A stretch of DNA of 64,000 bases from a virus (taxonomy: Duplodnaviria; Heunggongvirae; Uroviricota; Caudoviricetes): positions 85,367 to 149,366 of IMG/VR virus record IMGVR_UViG_3300017992_000015. One strand, given 5' to 3'. The translations under genes were made by a program, and so were the position numbers. The notes beneath the pieces were generated by a model. The model had not been told where the DNA came from, ran no database searches, and was given only the letters and a program-made list of their open reading frames with translations. Shown here in pieces: positions 28,392-38,208 of the stretch (the stretch's first letter is position 1; each line of letters begins with the position of its first letter).

Positions 28392-30384
28392 CGATAATCT
28401 GCTGGTACACCTCGACATTACCAGCGGTGATCCCACGTTCCTGTGGTACCGGTACCACGAGACGTAGGCTCAACACAAGTCGGTTGCTCAGGAAAGCGTG
28501 TCGACGGACGACGCGAACCGTCTTGTCGATCAGCTGCCTGCCCACCCGCGGTGATCTCGTCACGCACATAGCGTTGAGTTGACCGTGCGCCTTGGCGATG
28601 ACATGATGCTGGATCTGGCCCGCGCCATGCGCTTTACCGATGGTCGACCTCAACTCATCTCGCAGCGCTCCACAGATACAATCCAGGTTGGTGACCACCG
28701 CCTCATCGTGTTGCGATGGATCACCGTACGCTGCTGTCGTCAAGCCTCGTAGAGAGCGGGCGACACCGTCGTCGGCGCTGACCACCCACACTCCAAAGTC
28801 TGTCAACATCTCGAGCTGCTCCTCCGTGAACAGCTCGTCGGTCCTTGGCAATTCGTCGATGCCGGCTAGCTCTACGCCGGCCAAACTTTGGTGCGGCGCG
28901 CAGCCGGACCGGAGTCCGGCGAGCGCTGCGCACACGTACATTCCGTCGAATGCTACCCCGCCACCAATGGCACGGTCCGGCCACACGGCACGGACGCGTT
29001 TGCTGCCATACTCTTTGGCCTTCGCGGCGACCCGCGCGGCCATTGCGTCTGAATCCAATGTCCTCCAGACTTCGACCGGGTGGGCGAAGTCAGACGGTTG
29101 GATGCCCTGGCTATCCTGGACAACCACCGCGTCCTCGTTCAGGACTGCGTGGATGACATATTCAATATACCCATTTTCGCCGACGTTGTAACGCAGGATA
29201 TCGCCCGGTTGGACCCCCAGCGACAGGAATTGCGCATTTCCCTCCTGAACGTCCACCAGGAAGGCCCCACCACCGGGCTGCTCCCGGACCACGGCCTTCA
29301 GCGGCGCCCCGTCCACGCTGTTCGAGGCGTCCGCCACAGCCACGGTAGCGCGCGCCTGCAGCGGGAGCCACGTGACACACTCCCGGCCCGTGGCGGCCTG
29401 GGAACGGTCGTCTACGAGCTGTATCACGGCCTCCTGGACTGCCGGATCGGTGGTCATCGGCACGACGCTGTAGAACCGGAACTTTCCAGCACGCCGGAGG
29501 GTCTCAACCCAGGATGCCGGATCGTCCGGGTCCGGCACGGCGATGAATTTGACAGCAGTGATATTAGAGTGCAGCTTCGCCATTTTCACACCGAACTTCA
29601 GCGGGTTGGCCGGCGACTCCTGTCCGGGGATCAGATCGAGATCCTCGCCATCCGCCAGGGCGTAGACGGTGTCTGCAAACTCGCTACGCCAGGCCTTGTA
29701 CTGGATGTAGAGGTCGGCCTCCACGATCGGGAGCGGGTGCGGCTCACCGTCGTCGATCCAACCGCTGTCGGCCAGATAGATGCCGCCGCCAACGACGACG
29801 TGGTCGGCGCGGGCGCACCAGTTGTCGACCTGGCCGTCGAACGCTTCGACCGGGATCTCGATGTCGTGCCGTACGACACAGGCGCGGAACCGCATCTTCG
29901 CAGGATCCGCGGCCCGCATCGGCGCTGGCAGGTTTCGGCTAAGAACCAGGGCGTAGTAGTCTCCGTCTTTGGCATGCCCCAGCACCTTGGCGCTGAAGTG
30001 CAGATCGTCCAGCTTGACATCGATGACGGCGCCGACAACGCAGTCTTCCATGAGGCACTCGTCCTCGGTGACCAGGCGATCGTAATGTTCCTGGTCCGGC
30101 GTGAATCCGCCGTATGCCTGGTGGATCTGCAGGTAGACGTTGTCGGCGTACAGCCGGACGCTCCGCTGGTCGATGACGCTGTTCTCGGGGCGGTACGGGT
30201 ACGGGTATTCCGTACCGTTGTCGCAGTCGTACTTGCCGATGCCGATCAGGGCACGCTCGTCTTCCACAGAATAGCGATAGAGTTGGGCGTTCCCGCCCAC
30301 GATGAGGGCCTGCTGGCGGTCGAGCATGTCGGCACCGACGGCCTTGGCCTCGCTGTGGACCAGCTCCCGTGACAAACTGAACAT
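28387..30384 (-). CDS. Tail sheath protein
   Basis: FYSVVPMTTDPAVQEAVIQLVDDRS...VRAVWPD...AALAGLRSGCAPHQSL...FTEEQLEMLTDFGVWVV fits sheath C-terminal domains. Precedes the tube. Confidence 0.75.
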   Translation of the reverse strand: MFSLSRELVHSEAKAVGADMLDRQQALIVGGNAQLYRYSVEDERALIGIGKYDCDNGTEYPYPYRPENSVIDQRSVRLYADNVYLQIHQAYGGFTPDQEHYDRLVTEDECLMEDCVVGAVIDVKLDDLHFSAKVLGHAKDGDYYALVLSRNLPAPMRAADPAKMRFRACVVRHDIEIPVEAFDGQVDNWCARADHVVVGGGIYLADSGWIDDGEPHPLPIVEADLYIQYKAWRSEFADTVYALADGEDLDLIPGQESPANPLKFGVKMAKLHSNITAVKFIAVPDPDDPASWVETLRRAGKFRFYSVVPMTTDPAVQEAVIQLVDDRSQAATGRECVTWLPLQARATVAVADASNSVDGAPLKAVVREQPGGGAFLVDVQEGNAQFLSLGVQPGDILRYNVGENGYIEYVIHAVLNEDAVVVQDSQGIQPSDFAHPVEVWRTLDSDAMAARVAAKAKEYGSKRVRAVWPDRAIGGGVAFDGMYVCAALAGLRSGCAPHQSLAGVELAGIDELPRTDELFTEEQLEMLTDFGVWVVSADDGVARSLRGLTTAAYGDPSQHDEAVVTNLDCICGALRDELRSTIGKAHGAGQIQHHVIAKAHGQLNAMCVTRSPRVGRQLIDKTVRVVRRHAFLSNRLVLSLRLVVPVPQERGITAGNVEVYQQIIV

Positions 30385-30396
30385 CAATCTCTCCCT

Positions 30397-31053
30397 TTAC
30401 CCGTAGTATGTCTCGAAGATTTGCGACAGCCGCAGGTCGGTGATGTTGGGACCCCATGGTCGGATGGCCCAGTTCTCCTGCCAACCGTACGCGACGGTGA
30501 TCGGGCAGGCGTAGGCCTTGCTGGTCTCCTCGATCATCGAGAGTTCGCCAACCTGCAGCAACTCGAACTTCATCAGGTTGAAGTACTGCCGGAATATCGG
30601 TCCGAAGTGCATCAGGAATCGATAGGTCTCGGCCACAAGGATCTCGCACTCCCCTCCTTCCGGGGAGACGGCGAAGATCGTGTGGCTGCCCCGCCACAGC
30701 TTGGTGTATGTAGGGCGTCCGTCCTCGGTCGTGCCCGACTGGCTGTCGAACGTGAAGCGTTTCGTATGCTCCCAGGAGTTCCGCTTGACCAGCAGGGCCG
30801 GGCGGCGCTGGGTCATCTCCGGCGTCCAGACCGTCGCGTCCTCGATCATGACGCGGGTGGCGCAGGCCTCGGAGTCCCACAACCGATCACGGAAGATGGC
30901 GTGCTCGATGTTGTCCGAGTCCGAGAAATGCTCACGCAGCCAGGTGAGGAACAGGCTAGTCATGATCTGGGGCGTGGGCCCCAGCGCGCACAACGTATCA
31001 GGAGTTGAGGTCCAATCTTCCGGCATTTGCTCGTTCCTGTTTGGATAGCTCAT
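30397..31053 (-). CDS. Probable tail terminator / completion protein
   Basis: 218 aa between the neck genes and the sheath. Contains RRPALLVKRNSW. Confidence 0.5.
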   Translation of the reverse strand: MSYPNRNEQMPEDWTSTPDTLCALGPTPQIMTSLFLTWLREHFSDSDNIEHAIFRDRLWDSEACATRVMIEDATVWTPEMTQRRPALLVKRNSWEHTKRFTFDSQSGTTEDGRPTYTKLWRGSHTIFAVSPEGGECEILVAETYRFLMHFGPIFRQYFNLMKFELLQVGELSMIEETSKAYACPITVAYGWQENWAIRPWGPNITDLRLSQIFETYYG

Positions 31054-31183
31054 CGTCGAAGATGTCGATGAGATATTGCGGCGGTTTCCAGCGTCTGATG
31101 CTTATCGGCAGCAGGAACGGGTTGCGCGGGGCCTCTTCCGGCTCTTGCGGCTGCAGTTTCTCAGGCGCGCCTTGTACTGGCAT
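30998..31183 (-). CDS. Small hypothetical protein
   Basis: AGGAGG RBS and TAATG coupling to the upstream stop. Overlaps the next gene by 56 nt. Confidence 0.5.
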   Translation of the reverse strand: MPVQGAPEKLQPQEPEEAPRNPFLLPISIRRWKPPQYLIDIFDDELSKQERANAGRLDLNS

Positions 31184-32001
31184 TAGTTCCCCTCCTCTGG
31201 ATCCACATCGTACAGCACGTCACCAAATTCTACCAGCCGAAGCTCGGCTTGTACAATCAGGGGGACGCGTCGCAACTCCGCCACCCCGCGGACGGAGTTG
31301 ACGACGTACCTTCGGTCACTATCTGCTTCGATCCAGACGTCGTTCCGTTTTACCGGGGGAATTCCAATGAACCGCCCCACGATGACGTTGTCATTGACGG
31401 TGCCGCGCTGGCTACGCTTGGTGTCCTCGTTCTCGGGGGCGCACTCGAACAGCGTATCCTCCACAGCTTTCCAGTATCCGTCGACCTTGCCGGTGCCCTT
31501 GCACGCAAGACAGTCCGAGTTGATGATGCCGCCCGTGATGGGGTGGACACACTCTGTGCATACAGCATTGTGGATCCTGCGTTTCATGAGGTAGCCGGGG
31601 AACTTCTCGAGCTGCCTGGATTGCAGGCGGAACCGGCGCATCATGGCCCGGGCCAGCAGCCACTGGCGCTTGGTCATGTTGCCGTACGTCTGGGCCACCT
31701 CGGACGTGTACGTCTCCTCGCTGGTCGTCAGGACCACGCGGTAGGCCGCCCGCAGGCCCTTGCCGCACTCCCGTTGCTCATCGTCGATGGCGTAGAACTG
31801 GTTGACGACAGGCGCACCGACATCCTCCCAGTCGTCCGGCTCGTCCCAGTTGGGGTTCGCCTGGAGCTGGAACGAATGCGGCTCTGGCCAGAGGAAATCG
31901 TCGCGGAGCTCCCACGTGACACGCGCTACGCCGGAGCGCAGGGCATAGTCCACGTAGATGCGATCGAACGGCTCGCCGTAGTTGTCACGAGTTCTGGGCA
32001 T
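31183..32001 (-). CDS. Probable head-closure / stopper protein with Zn finger
   Basis: CTEC...CLACKGTG motif and C-terminal PPVKRNDVWIEADSDRRYVVNSV typical of head-tail joining proteins. Follows the adaptor. Confidence 0.6.
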   Translation of the reverse strand: MPRTRDNYGEPFDRIYVDYALRSGVARVTWELRDDFLWPEPHSFQLQANPNWDEPDDWEDVGAPVVNQFYAIDDEQRECGKGLRAAYRVVLTTSEETYTSEVAQTYGNMTKRQWLLARAMMRRFRLQSRQLEKFPGYLMKRRIHNAVCTECVHPITGGIINSDCLACKGTGKVDGYWKAVEDTLFECAPENEDTKRSQRGTVNDNVIVGRFIGIPPVKRNDVWIEADSDRRYVVNSVRGVAELRRVPLIVQAELRLVEFGDVLYDVDPEEGN

Positions 32002-32450
32002 TATGCCTGCTCCAGGTAGTTGGCGGCTTTACGCAGGGTGTCTGGATTGTCTTGGGACCGTCCGAGCATGTTGTTGCAGTTGTTACACAAAAGGCCGCGG
32101 ATCTTTCCGGTCGCATGGTCGTGATCCACAGCAAGACGTTTCACTTTACCGCGCAGGGTAGCCGTCTCCGTGTTACCGCAGATGGCACACACGCCAGCCT
32201 GTTTCTCCAAGAGCTCGTCGTAGTTGTCTATACCGTACCGGCGTTTGCGTTCGTTTGCGCTGCACCGCGCCCGGTATTCTGGCGTATTGCCATGTTTTGC
32301 TCGCCATTCGCGCTCATGCACGCGGCAGCACTTACGGCAGTAATTGTGCAGCCCGTCGCTGCTGCCACGGCTCTTGTTGAACTCCGTCAGCGGCTTCGAC
32401 TCCTTGCACTTGCTACAGCGTTTCGTCTTGGTCTTACCAGCGGTAGCCAT
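32001..32450 (-). CDS. Endonuclease VII-family (HNH-type) homing endonuclease
   Basis: QAGVCAICG...[25 protein letters not shown] plus an N-terminal CSKC...CRKC domain. Start at MATAGK. Confidence 0.88.
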   Translation of the reverse strand: MATAGKTKTKRCSKCKESKPLTEFNKSRGSSDGLHNYCRKCCRVHEREWRAKHGNTPEYRARCSANERKRRYGIDNYDELLEKQAGVCAICGNTETATLRGKVKRLAVDHDHATGKIRGLLCNNCNNMLGRSQDNPDTLRKAANYLEQA

Positions 32451-33507
32451 AACCTGCCCTTCCATATCCGTAGCCGTATCCGTAGCCCGCACCAAACGCG
32501 CTGAAGCACTTGGACATGTTGATGGAGGCCTTCTGATGCATCACGAGCGATCGGAACTTCTGGAACCGTTCCTTCCAGGCCTGGTTGTAGTCGCGGGCCT
32601 TGGCCTTGTCGTCGAGCGATACCCCACCGGCGCTGTACTGCAGCTTGTTCCGGCGGTAATGCTCCTCGGCCAGCTCGAACAGGTAGTGGTGGATGCCGGC
32701 CAGCCAGATCTCCCTGAACGGGAAGTTCTTGGTGGAGTACGTGGCCCCGAGGATCGGCGGAGGCTGGTTGTTCCAGAAGGTGACTGTCCTCACGGCGGCG
32801 AAGCAGATCTCCGTCAGGTCGAAGTCGAAGTTGTCGATCAGCTCGTTCATGAGCGGGTCGGCGTCACGGAGGCCCAGCCGCACGTCGTCGATGGTCGGCG
32901 GGCCTACCTGCGGGTTCTGCTGCGGATTGTGCCATGCGCTGTGGCCGACGTACAGGTAGACCTCGTACAGCCACACCGGACAGGCATCGGTATCGGTGTC
33001 CGGGTCCACGCCCGGCTCGAAGATGCCGAAGTTCACCAGATAGATGCCGGTCTTCGTGTAGATCTGTTCCGGGACCTCCACACGCACGATGCCCTTCTCG
33101 GCATCGAAGATCACGGCCTCGTTCTGGTAGAGGTTCTTGTCGATCAGTGAGGCCTCCCGCCAGCGGACCTTGACGACAGGCAACTCGATGGCACAGGACG
33201 ATTCGTGGCTGTGACTCAGGCTGCACTCCGGGTCGATCAGCGGGCCTTCAATGAACATGAAGGTATCCCAGTCGTTCCAGCCGAAGTTCTCCCAGTCTTG
33301 CTCGCCGACGTTCTGGTTGGTGTCGGGCTCGGTCGCGATCGTCAGATCCTCGAGGTTGATCGGATAGCCCTCGCGCAGCAGGGTTACCTGCAGCATCCCG
33401 CACGTTCCCTGATCCATGGCGATTGCTCGCTTCTTGCGAGTGAGCAGCTCGTCATAGGCTGTAGAGATAACCGGAGAGCGAACATTGATTGCGTCTGACC
33501 GCGCCAT
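32434..33507 (-). CDS. Probable head-tail adaptor with N-terminal BppU-like extension
   Basis: C-terminal [12 protein letters not shown]...[18 protein letters not shown] resembles adaptor proteins. N-terminal [21 protein letters not shown]...[11 protein letters not shown]...TGIY is BppU-N-like. Ends in GY repeats. Confidence 0.6.
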   Translation of the reverse strand: MARSDAINVRSPVISTAYDELLTRKKRAIAMDQGTCGMLQVTLLREGYPINLEDLTIATEPDTNQNVGEQDWENFGWNDWDTFMFIEGPLIDPECSLSHSHESSCAIELPVVKVRWREASLIDKNLYQNEAVIFDAEKGIVRVEVPEQIYTKTGIYLVNFGIFEPGVDPDTDTDACPVWLYEVYLYVGHSAWHNPQQNPQVGPPTIDDVRLGLRDADPLMNELIDNFDFDLTEICFAAVRTVTFWNNQPPPILGATYSTKNFPFREIWLAGIHHYLFELAEEHYRRNKLQYSAGGVSLDDKAKARDYNQAWKERFQKFRSLVMHQKASINMSKCFSAFGAGYGYGYGYGRAGYGYRW

Positions 33508-33518
33508 GATGGGGCTCC

Positions 33519-33917
33519 TTAGGTGGCACCCAGCTGGGTGCGTACTGAGTTGAGCTGGTTCTGCAGTCCCGTCGGGTCCTGACCCTCTTCCAGCGCATCG
33601 ATCTCTTCCAACAGCTGTTTCTCGATCACCAGCTTGTTGAGCAGATCGCCGAGCGAGTTGACCACCGCCTGAATCGCCGAGCAGCGGTCCATTTCAGCGG
33701 CAAGGCTGGGAATGTTGATGATGACGTTGTCGTTGGCCCGACTGTTCGCGAACTCCTTGGTGTCCCAGTTGTACGGCCGCAGCTCAGCACGGACCAACTT
33801 GTCACCGTTGGGCAGGGCCTTCACGGTAAATCGATCGAGCTCTAGGTCGGTGTAATCCTTCTCCACCGCTGACGGCGTGGTGTACGTTGCGCGGGACGTG
33901 ATGCGTGGCATTGCCAT
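33519..33917 (-). CDS. Hypothetical protein
   Basis: GGAG RBS, 132 aa, helical C-terminus. Confidence 0.6.
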   Translation of the reverse strand: MAMPRITSRATYTTPSAVEKDYTDLELDRFTVKALPNGDKLVRAELRPYNWDTKEFANSRANDNVIINIPSLAAEMDRCSAIQAVVNSLGDLLNKLVIEKQLLEEIDALEEGQDPTGLQNQLNSVRTQLGAT

Positions 33918-33928
33918 TTTGTGGTCTC

Positions 33929-34567
33929 CTACAGGCCAAACGAGTAGCCGAATGTCTGGATGTCCTCTTCGAAGAGGCGGTCCACCATCTTCCGTGTTTT
34001 CGCGTCGTAGTATTCAGTATACCGTGGATGGCCGGAGGTATTAAGGCGAGGCATCTCCTGCTTTGGGAGGCCTAAATGGTCCCATACCGGGTCCATTCCA
34101 ACGGCGATTTCCTCCAGCTTTATGATCCGGTTCGGTCGCATGTTCCCCTGGCGGTCCTTGACAAACTGCACCTGGGGCAGGGTCAAGTGGTACCACGCCG
34201 ACTTCAACTCACTCGGGTCCGCGTCCGCGTAGATCCCGTCGAACTGGTTCTTGTGTGGCAGCTCCTGCAGCACGCGTCGCAGCGTCTTGTTCTTGAGCAG
34301 CGTGCAGAATCGCCAGGCGGAGACCACTCTCGCCCACGGGTTGCGGACAACGGCGAACGACCACGTGTTCCGCACGGATGCATAATCGTAGTACGAATTG
34401 CCGTTCGGTCCCGTCAGGATCGCCACCTCGTTCTTGAGGTGGTTCAGATTGTCGATGCCGGCACACTGGACCTTCTTGAGGTTCCGCGCCTGCATACCGT
34501 TCTCTCGAAGCACATGGAGGAACGAGGTCGCTCCGCACTTCGGTACTCTTACCCAGATAATCGGCAT
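33929..34567 (-). CDS. PAPS-dependent sulfotransferase (Sulfotransfer_2 family)
   Basis: 5'-PSB loop IWVRVPKCGATS, 3'-PB motif FAVVRNPWARVVSAW, IKLEEI and C-terminal EEDIQTFGYSF. Start at MPIIWV. Confidence 0.85.
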   Translation of the reverse strand: MPIIWVRVPKCGATSFLHVLRENGMQARNLKKVQCAGIDNLNHLKNEVAILTGPNGNSYYDYASVRNTWSFAVVRNPWARVVSAWRFCTLLKNKTLRRVLQELPHKNQFDGIYADADPSELKSAWYHLTLPQVQFVKDRQGNMRPNRIIKLEEIAVGMDPVWDHLGLPKQEMPRLNTSGHPRYTEYYDAKTRKMVDRLFEEDIQTFGYSFGL

Positions 34568-34577
34568 CACTCTTCCT

Positions 34578-35390
34578 TTAGAACGTACTCGTCGGACGGA
34601 ACGTACGCAGACGCAGAATATGCGTGTGCGACCCGGCACCTGCTGGGTAATACGCCCAGACGCGGAGACGGGATACCTCGATTGACTGTGCAGGGTCCAA
34701 CTCAATAGCCAGCGTGTTGTTGGTTTGCATCCAGTTGCCCTTATACGGGTAGAGATACCCGTCGAAGAACCGCACACCGCCGCCCATCGCCTTCGGGATA
34801 TTTGGTGCCACGATAACGTAGACTTGGTGCTCCCACTTGTTGGCGTCGTTCGGCAGGCTGTCGTCGACCCAGAGTGTGCCGCCCTGGATCTCGTAGACGG
34901 TCTTTGTCGGCGTTGCTTCCTGATCGTCCGGATGGAAGTCCAGGATAGTCAGGCAGGCGTTGCTGTCCGCGTCGGTCTGATCGGCACAGAGCTCGTAGCC
35001 GCCAGCTCCGTCGTCCTTGTAGACGCCCACCACGGTTACTTCGCCCCACCCAATGCGGACGTTATCGGCCATATTGACCTTCATGTCCTCGAACGACTCG
35101 TCGCCCATCTTGGCGGTGATGATTTTGATATCACGGTCACACATCCGGTAGCCGGTACGTCCTGGCGCTACGACAACGCGGACAGGATCGTGATCCTCTT
35201 TGTCGACGGTGTTCTCAACCTCGACCTGGCCTTTGTGGATGGTCTCCACGATGGAGACGCTGTCGGCTGTGATTGTGTGCCCGGCATCGTGTTGACACTG
35301 CGTAGGCGCGACGTCGCGGAGCTGATCCTCCACGATGTGCAGCTGCTCTGTCTCGCAGTAGTAGCTGTAGCGATTCCATTTCTTGGCCAT
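34578..35390 (-). CDS. Hypothetical virion-associated protein with N-terminal YxYxCET...PTxCxxDxGH domain
   Basis: Shares its N-terminal ~45-aa Cys/Cys/His module with 35401..35904. Confidence 0.65.
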   Translation of the reverse strand: MAKKWNRYSYYCETEQLHIVEDQLRDVAPTQCQHDAGHTITADSVSIVETIHKGQVEVENTVDKEDHDPVRVVVAPGRTGYRMCDRDIKIITAKMGDESFEDMKVNMADNVRIGWGEVTVVGVYKDDGAGGYELCADQTDADSNACLTILDFHPDDQEATPTKTVYEIQGGTLWVDDSLPNDANKWEHQVYVIVAPNIPKAMGGGVRFFDGYLYPYKGNWMQTNNTLAIELDPAQSIEVSRLRVWAYYPAGAGSHTHILRLRTFRPTSTF

Positions 35391-35400
35391 TGGGCTGCTC

Positions 35401-35904
35401 CTAGTAGATCATGGCGGAGTAGATCCGCAGAATGTCGGACGCGTCTGTTACCTGCACCTGCACCTCCATGATCGAATTCTGGGTCGGCTGATTGGCCGGC
35501 GGGTCCTTTTTGGTTTGGTAGCCTTCCTCGGACCATCCTTTGAAAAATAGGTTGTTGTTCTCGCCGATGTTACGGACACGCACACGGGCGGTACCGGCAG
35601 TGCCAATCTTGTCCACAACGACCCACAGGTAGTGCCGCTCACCGTCGTCGATGTCGTAGCGGAACGACCCGACAGTGACCCAGTCGGTACTCTGTGTCTC
35701 GTACCATGGGTTGGTGCCGTCGGAGAAGTTGAGCGTCACATAGGGCAACACGTCGCGGGAGCCCACGATCTTCAGCGTGGTCCAATCCACTGTGTGGCCG
35801 GAATCGTTGACACATTCCGTAGGCGCACCGTCTTTGTCCTCTCGCCATTCCTCGACGATGTTGCACGTCTCACAGTCATATGAGTAGCAATGTTCGTGGG
35901 CCAT
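35401..35904 (-). CDS. Hypothetical virion-associated protein (CET module plus beta-sandwich)
   Basis: N-terminus like 34578..35390, C-terminus like 35913..36815. Start at MAHEHC. Confidence 0.65.
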   Translation of the reverse strand: MAHEHCYSYDCETCNIVEEWREDKDGAPTECVNDSGHTVDWTTLKIVGSRDVLPYVTLNFSDGTNPWYETQSTDWVTVGSFRYDIDDGERHYLWVVVDKIGTAGTARVRVRNIGENNNLFFKGWSEEGYQTKKDPPANQPTQNSIMEVQVQVTDASDILRIYSAMIY

Positions 35905-35912
35905 TAAGTCAC

Positions 35913-36815
35913 CTACGTCGAGTTTTGCCGGAACCGTACCGAGTGGCACCGGGCTGTCTTCACGCCGCCGCCTGTGCTCTTACGCATCTGGATCTCGAAC
36001 ACGGCATTGCTGGATGGCAGGTTGTTGATGGTTGTGGTCTCTTCCAAGTGGATCGTATCATCCGTCCATGTGATCGTCGCGATCACCTGGCTGTTGGTCA
36101 CGTCGTAGATCCGAAGTTCAGCCGTGCCGGACGTACCGTTGCGGCTGACCACTGCGGTGATCTTATCGAGTACGGCGTTGGCTCCGTCGTACGGTAGGTT
36201 AGCCACTGAGGTCCACGTCACCTGGTTGACCTCGAAGTACGGCGTATTCTGCCCTGCCGTCGTCACGACCATCAGGTCAAGGTTCTCGATCTCGTCGAGC
36301 GAGTGCGAGTGCCCAGACAACAGCGGAGCAAATGCGATCCTGCCGGAAGCCGCATGGGCAAACAGCACGAAGGCAACCTTCTGCTGTTTGCTGGGCGCAG
36401 CAGGTGGTGTCTTGGTAAGGCCGCCGCCTGCCGCCACGTACAGCACGTCGCCCGCGACGAAGCCCGATGTGTTGATGTCTTCCAGCTCGCCAATGACAGA
36501 CGCATGCCCAGTGGTCGAGTCTGTCATCTCCTCGTCCACGATCATGCGTGCCGGCATCGTAGCCGGATCGCTGGCGTCAGATGCCTCGACAAGCATGACC
36601 ATATTGACGGCATCCCAGCCAACGAAATAGCACGGCGTCCCCTTTGTCAGGGTGCCGGCGGTGCTCTTGCGAGCCCCCATCCTGGTCGTCAGCATTCGCG
36701 CATTGGTAGCGTCCAGTTGCGGCTGGATGTAGTCATTCAGCCCGCCCAGCCACGACAGCTCCTGCGCAGTGACGCCAGGGAGGTTCTTATCGAGTTGGAA
36801 GTATTTCTCAGCCAT
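35913..36815 (-). CDS. Fibre-associated protein with cement-like (DUF2190-type) domain
   Basis: MAEK... N-terminus shared with the fibre genes. TLTKGTPCYF...DASDPATMPA...GELEDINTSGFVAGDVLYV. Confidence 0.6.
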   Translation of the reverse strand: MAEKYFQLDKNLPGVTAQELSWLGGLNDYIQPQLDATNARMLTTRMGARKSTAGTLTKGTPCYFVGWDAVNMVMLVEASDASDPATMPARMIVDEEMTDSTTGHASVIGELEDINTSGFVAGDVLYVAAGGGLTKTPPAAPSKQQKVAFVLFAHAASGRIAFAPLLSGHSHSLDEIENLDLMVVTTAGQNTPYFEVNQVTWTSVANLPYDGANAVLDKITAVVSRNGTSGTAELRIYDVTNSQVIATITWTDDTIHLEETTTINNLPSSNAVFEIQMRKSTGGGVKTARCHSVRFRQNST

Positions 36816-36829
36816 CGGCCCCTCGGTTC

Positions 36830-37153
36830 TTAGACGTCGGTGACCGTACCCGCAGTACCGTCGTATTCCGGCGTCTCAGCCTTCAGGTACTCGTACGCCT
36901 TGACCACTTCGCTCTTGTCGACGAGCGCGACGGCAGCGTTACCGAAGTACGTGGTGTAGTCGGTACCCTTCACGCGGCACGCGAAGGAGCCAACCGGCGC
37001 CTTGTCGTCGGTCTTGGCCTGTGCGTCCTTGAAGATCGAGACGGAGATGACCATGGACTCGGCATCCCGCGTATTTCGCAGGTTCGTGATCTTGTGGTAC
37101 GCCGAGGCGTGGGTGCTCCCACACTCGTCGTCGAAAGTACGTTGCATACTCAT
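36830..37153 (-). CDS. Small fibre-assembly-like protein
   Basis: 107 aa, AYHKITNL...KAYEYLK, a pattern common next to phage fibre genes. Confidence 0.5.
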   Translation of the reverse strand: MSMQRTFDDECGSTHASAYHKITNLRNTRDAESMVISVSIFKDAQAKTDDKAPVGSFACRVKGTDYTTYFGNAAVALVDKSEVVKAYEYLKAETPEYDGTAGTVTDV

Positions 37154-37164
37154 TCTTGATTCTC

Positions 37165-38208
37165 CTATGTATTCCAGCGTAGCTGTACGGTTTTCAGGTG
37201 ACAGACCCAGCGTACCACATCACTGGCAGCGCCGCTATCTGAAACCTGGATGAGCAGCGCCCGGTTGGTCCCGTCAACGGCTGCCTGTGCGTTGAAATTG
37301 GTGTCGCTCTCGTGAATAACGCTTGTGGACTGGCCCAGGATCGACATCGTGCCGTTGTCGCATTCAACGCAGCCAGTGATCTTGTAGCTGAACGTCTTGC
37401 CCAGACCGCTGGTGGCTCCGACGAGCATAGCCTCGAACGTCCAGATGGTGTTGCCGTTGACCGCCGTATCCAGTACCGCCAGATGCGTGGTATCTGTACC
37501 GTTGAGGTACAAATCAAACCAGGCTGTCGATGAGTGCGTCACAGATCGCGACAGCATCATCTCGCCGAACTGGTTGTCCCCGCGGTCGAAGAACTGGCCA
37601 TTGGCGAAGCATCGCTCTGTGTACCGCATGGCCTGTGCTTCGAGTCCGTGTGCGACGCCGTACGGAGCATTGGCATGTACCCAGCAGTCGTCGCCGCCAA
37701 TGACCACGCCATAGTTGGCTTGGCACTGGTTGTCGAGGCCGCCGACCACGCTGCCGTACTGGCCGCTCACCAAGCCGTTGTAGCCGCCGCCGATGAACCC
37801 GTAGATGTTCGAGACTTGGTTGGAGTAGCCGCCGCAGACGACCGCATGTGTCGCTCCGGCCTGGTTCTCCTGTCCGCCGCCGATGAAGCCCCACGGCTGT
37901 GTAATCCAGTTGTCCTGGCCGCCTACGATGGACGAGCGTGCGCCGCCGGAGTCGATCTGGTTGGAGTCTCCGCCGACAATGACCGAGTAAATGGCGCCCG
38001 CTACGTCGTCGGCAGCGTCGCGGAACGTCTGTAGGTCGACCGAGTTTTCACCACGGGCGTTGCCGGTGGTCGCACCCTCGTTACCGGCACGTATATTGTA
38101 TGTGTTGCCGTCGGTGCCCTGGACGATGCCTTCGCCGAAGTTGATCAGCGAACCCTCGGAGCCGATGGCCTCGATCGTGTTGGCTGTATGGTTGAGTTCA
38201 ACTGTCAT
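37165..38208 (-). CDS. Fibre/adhesin-like protein, paralog 5
   Basis: GNARGENSVDLQT module, GGxxN beta-roll repeats, shared C-terminal domain (...VRWVCHLKTV). Confidence 0.8.
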   Translation of the reverse strand: MTVELNHTANTIEAIGSEGSLINFGEGIVQGTDGNTYNIRAGNEGATTGNARGENSVDLQTFRDAADDVAGAIYSVIVGGDSNQIDSGGARSSIVGGQDNWITQPWGFIGGGQENQAGATHAVVCGGYSNQVSNIYGFIGGGYNGLVSGQYGSVVGGLDNQCQANYGVVIGGDDCWVHANAPYGVAHGLEAQAMRYTERCFANGQFFDRGDNQFGEMMLSRSVTHSSTAWFDLYLNGTDTTHLAVLDTAVNGNTIWTFEAMLVGATSGLGKTFSYKITGCVECDNGTMSILGQSTSVIHESDTNFNAQAAVDGTNRALLIQVSDSGAASDVVRWVCHLKTVQLRWNT

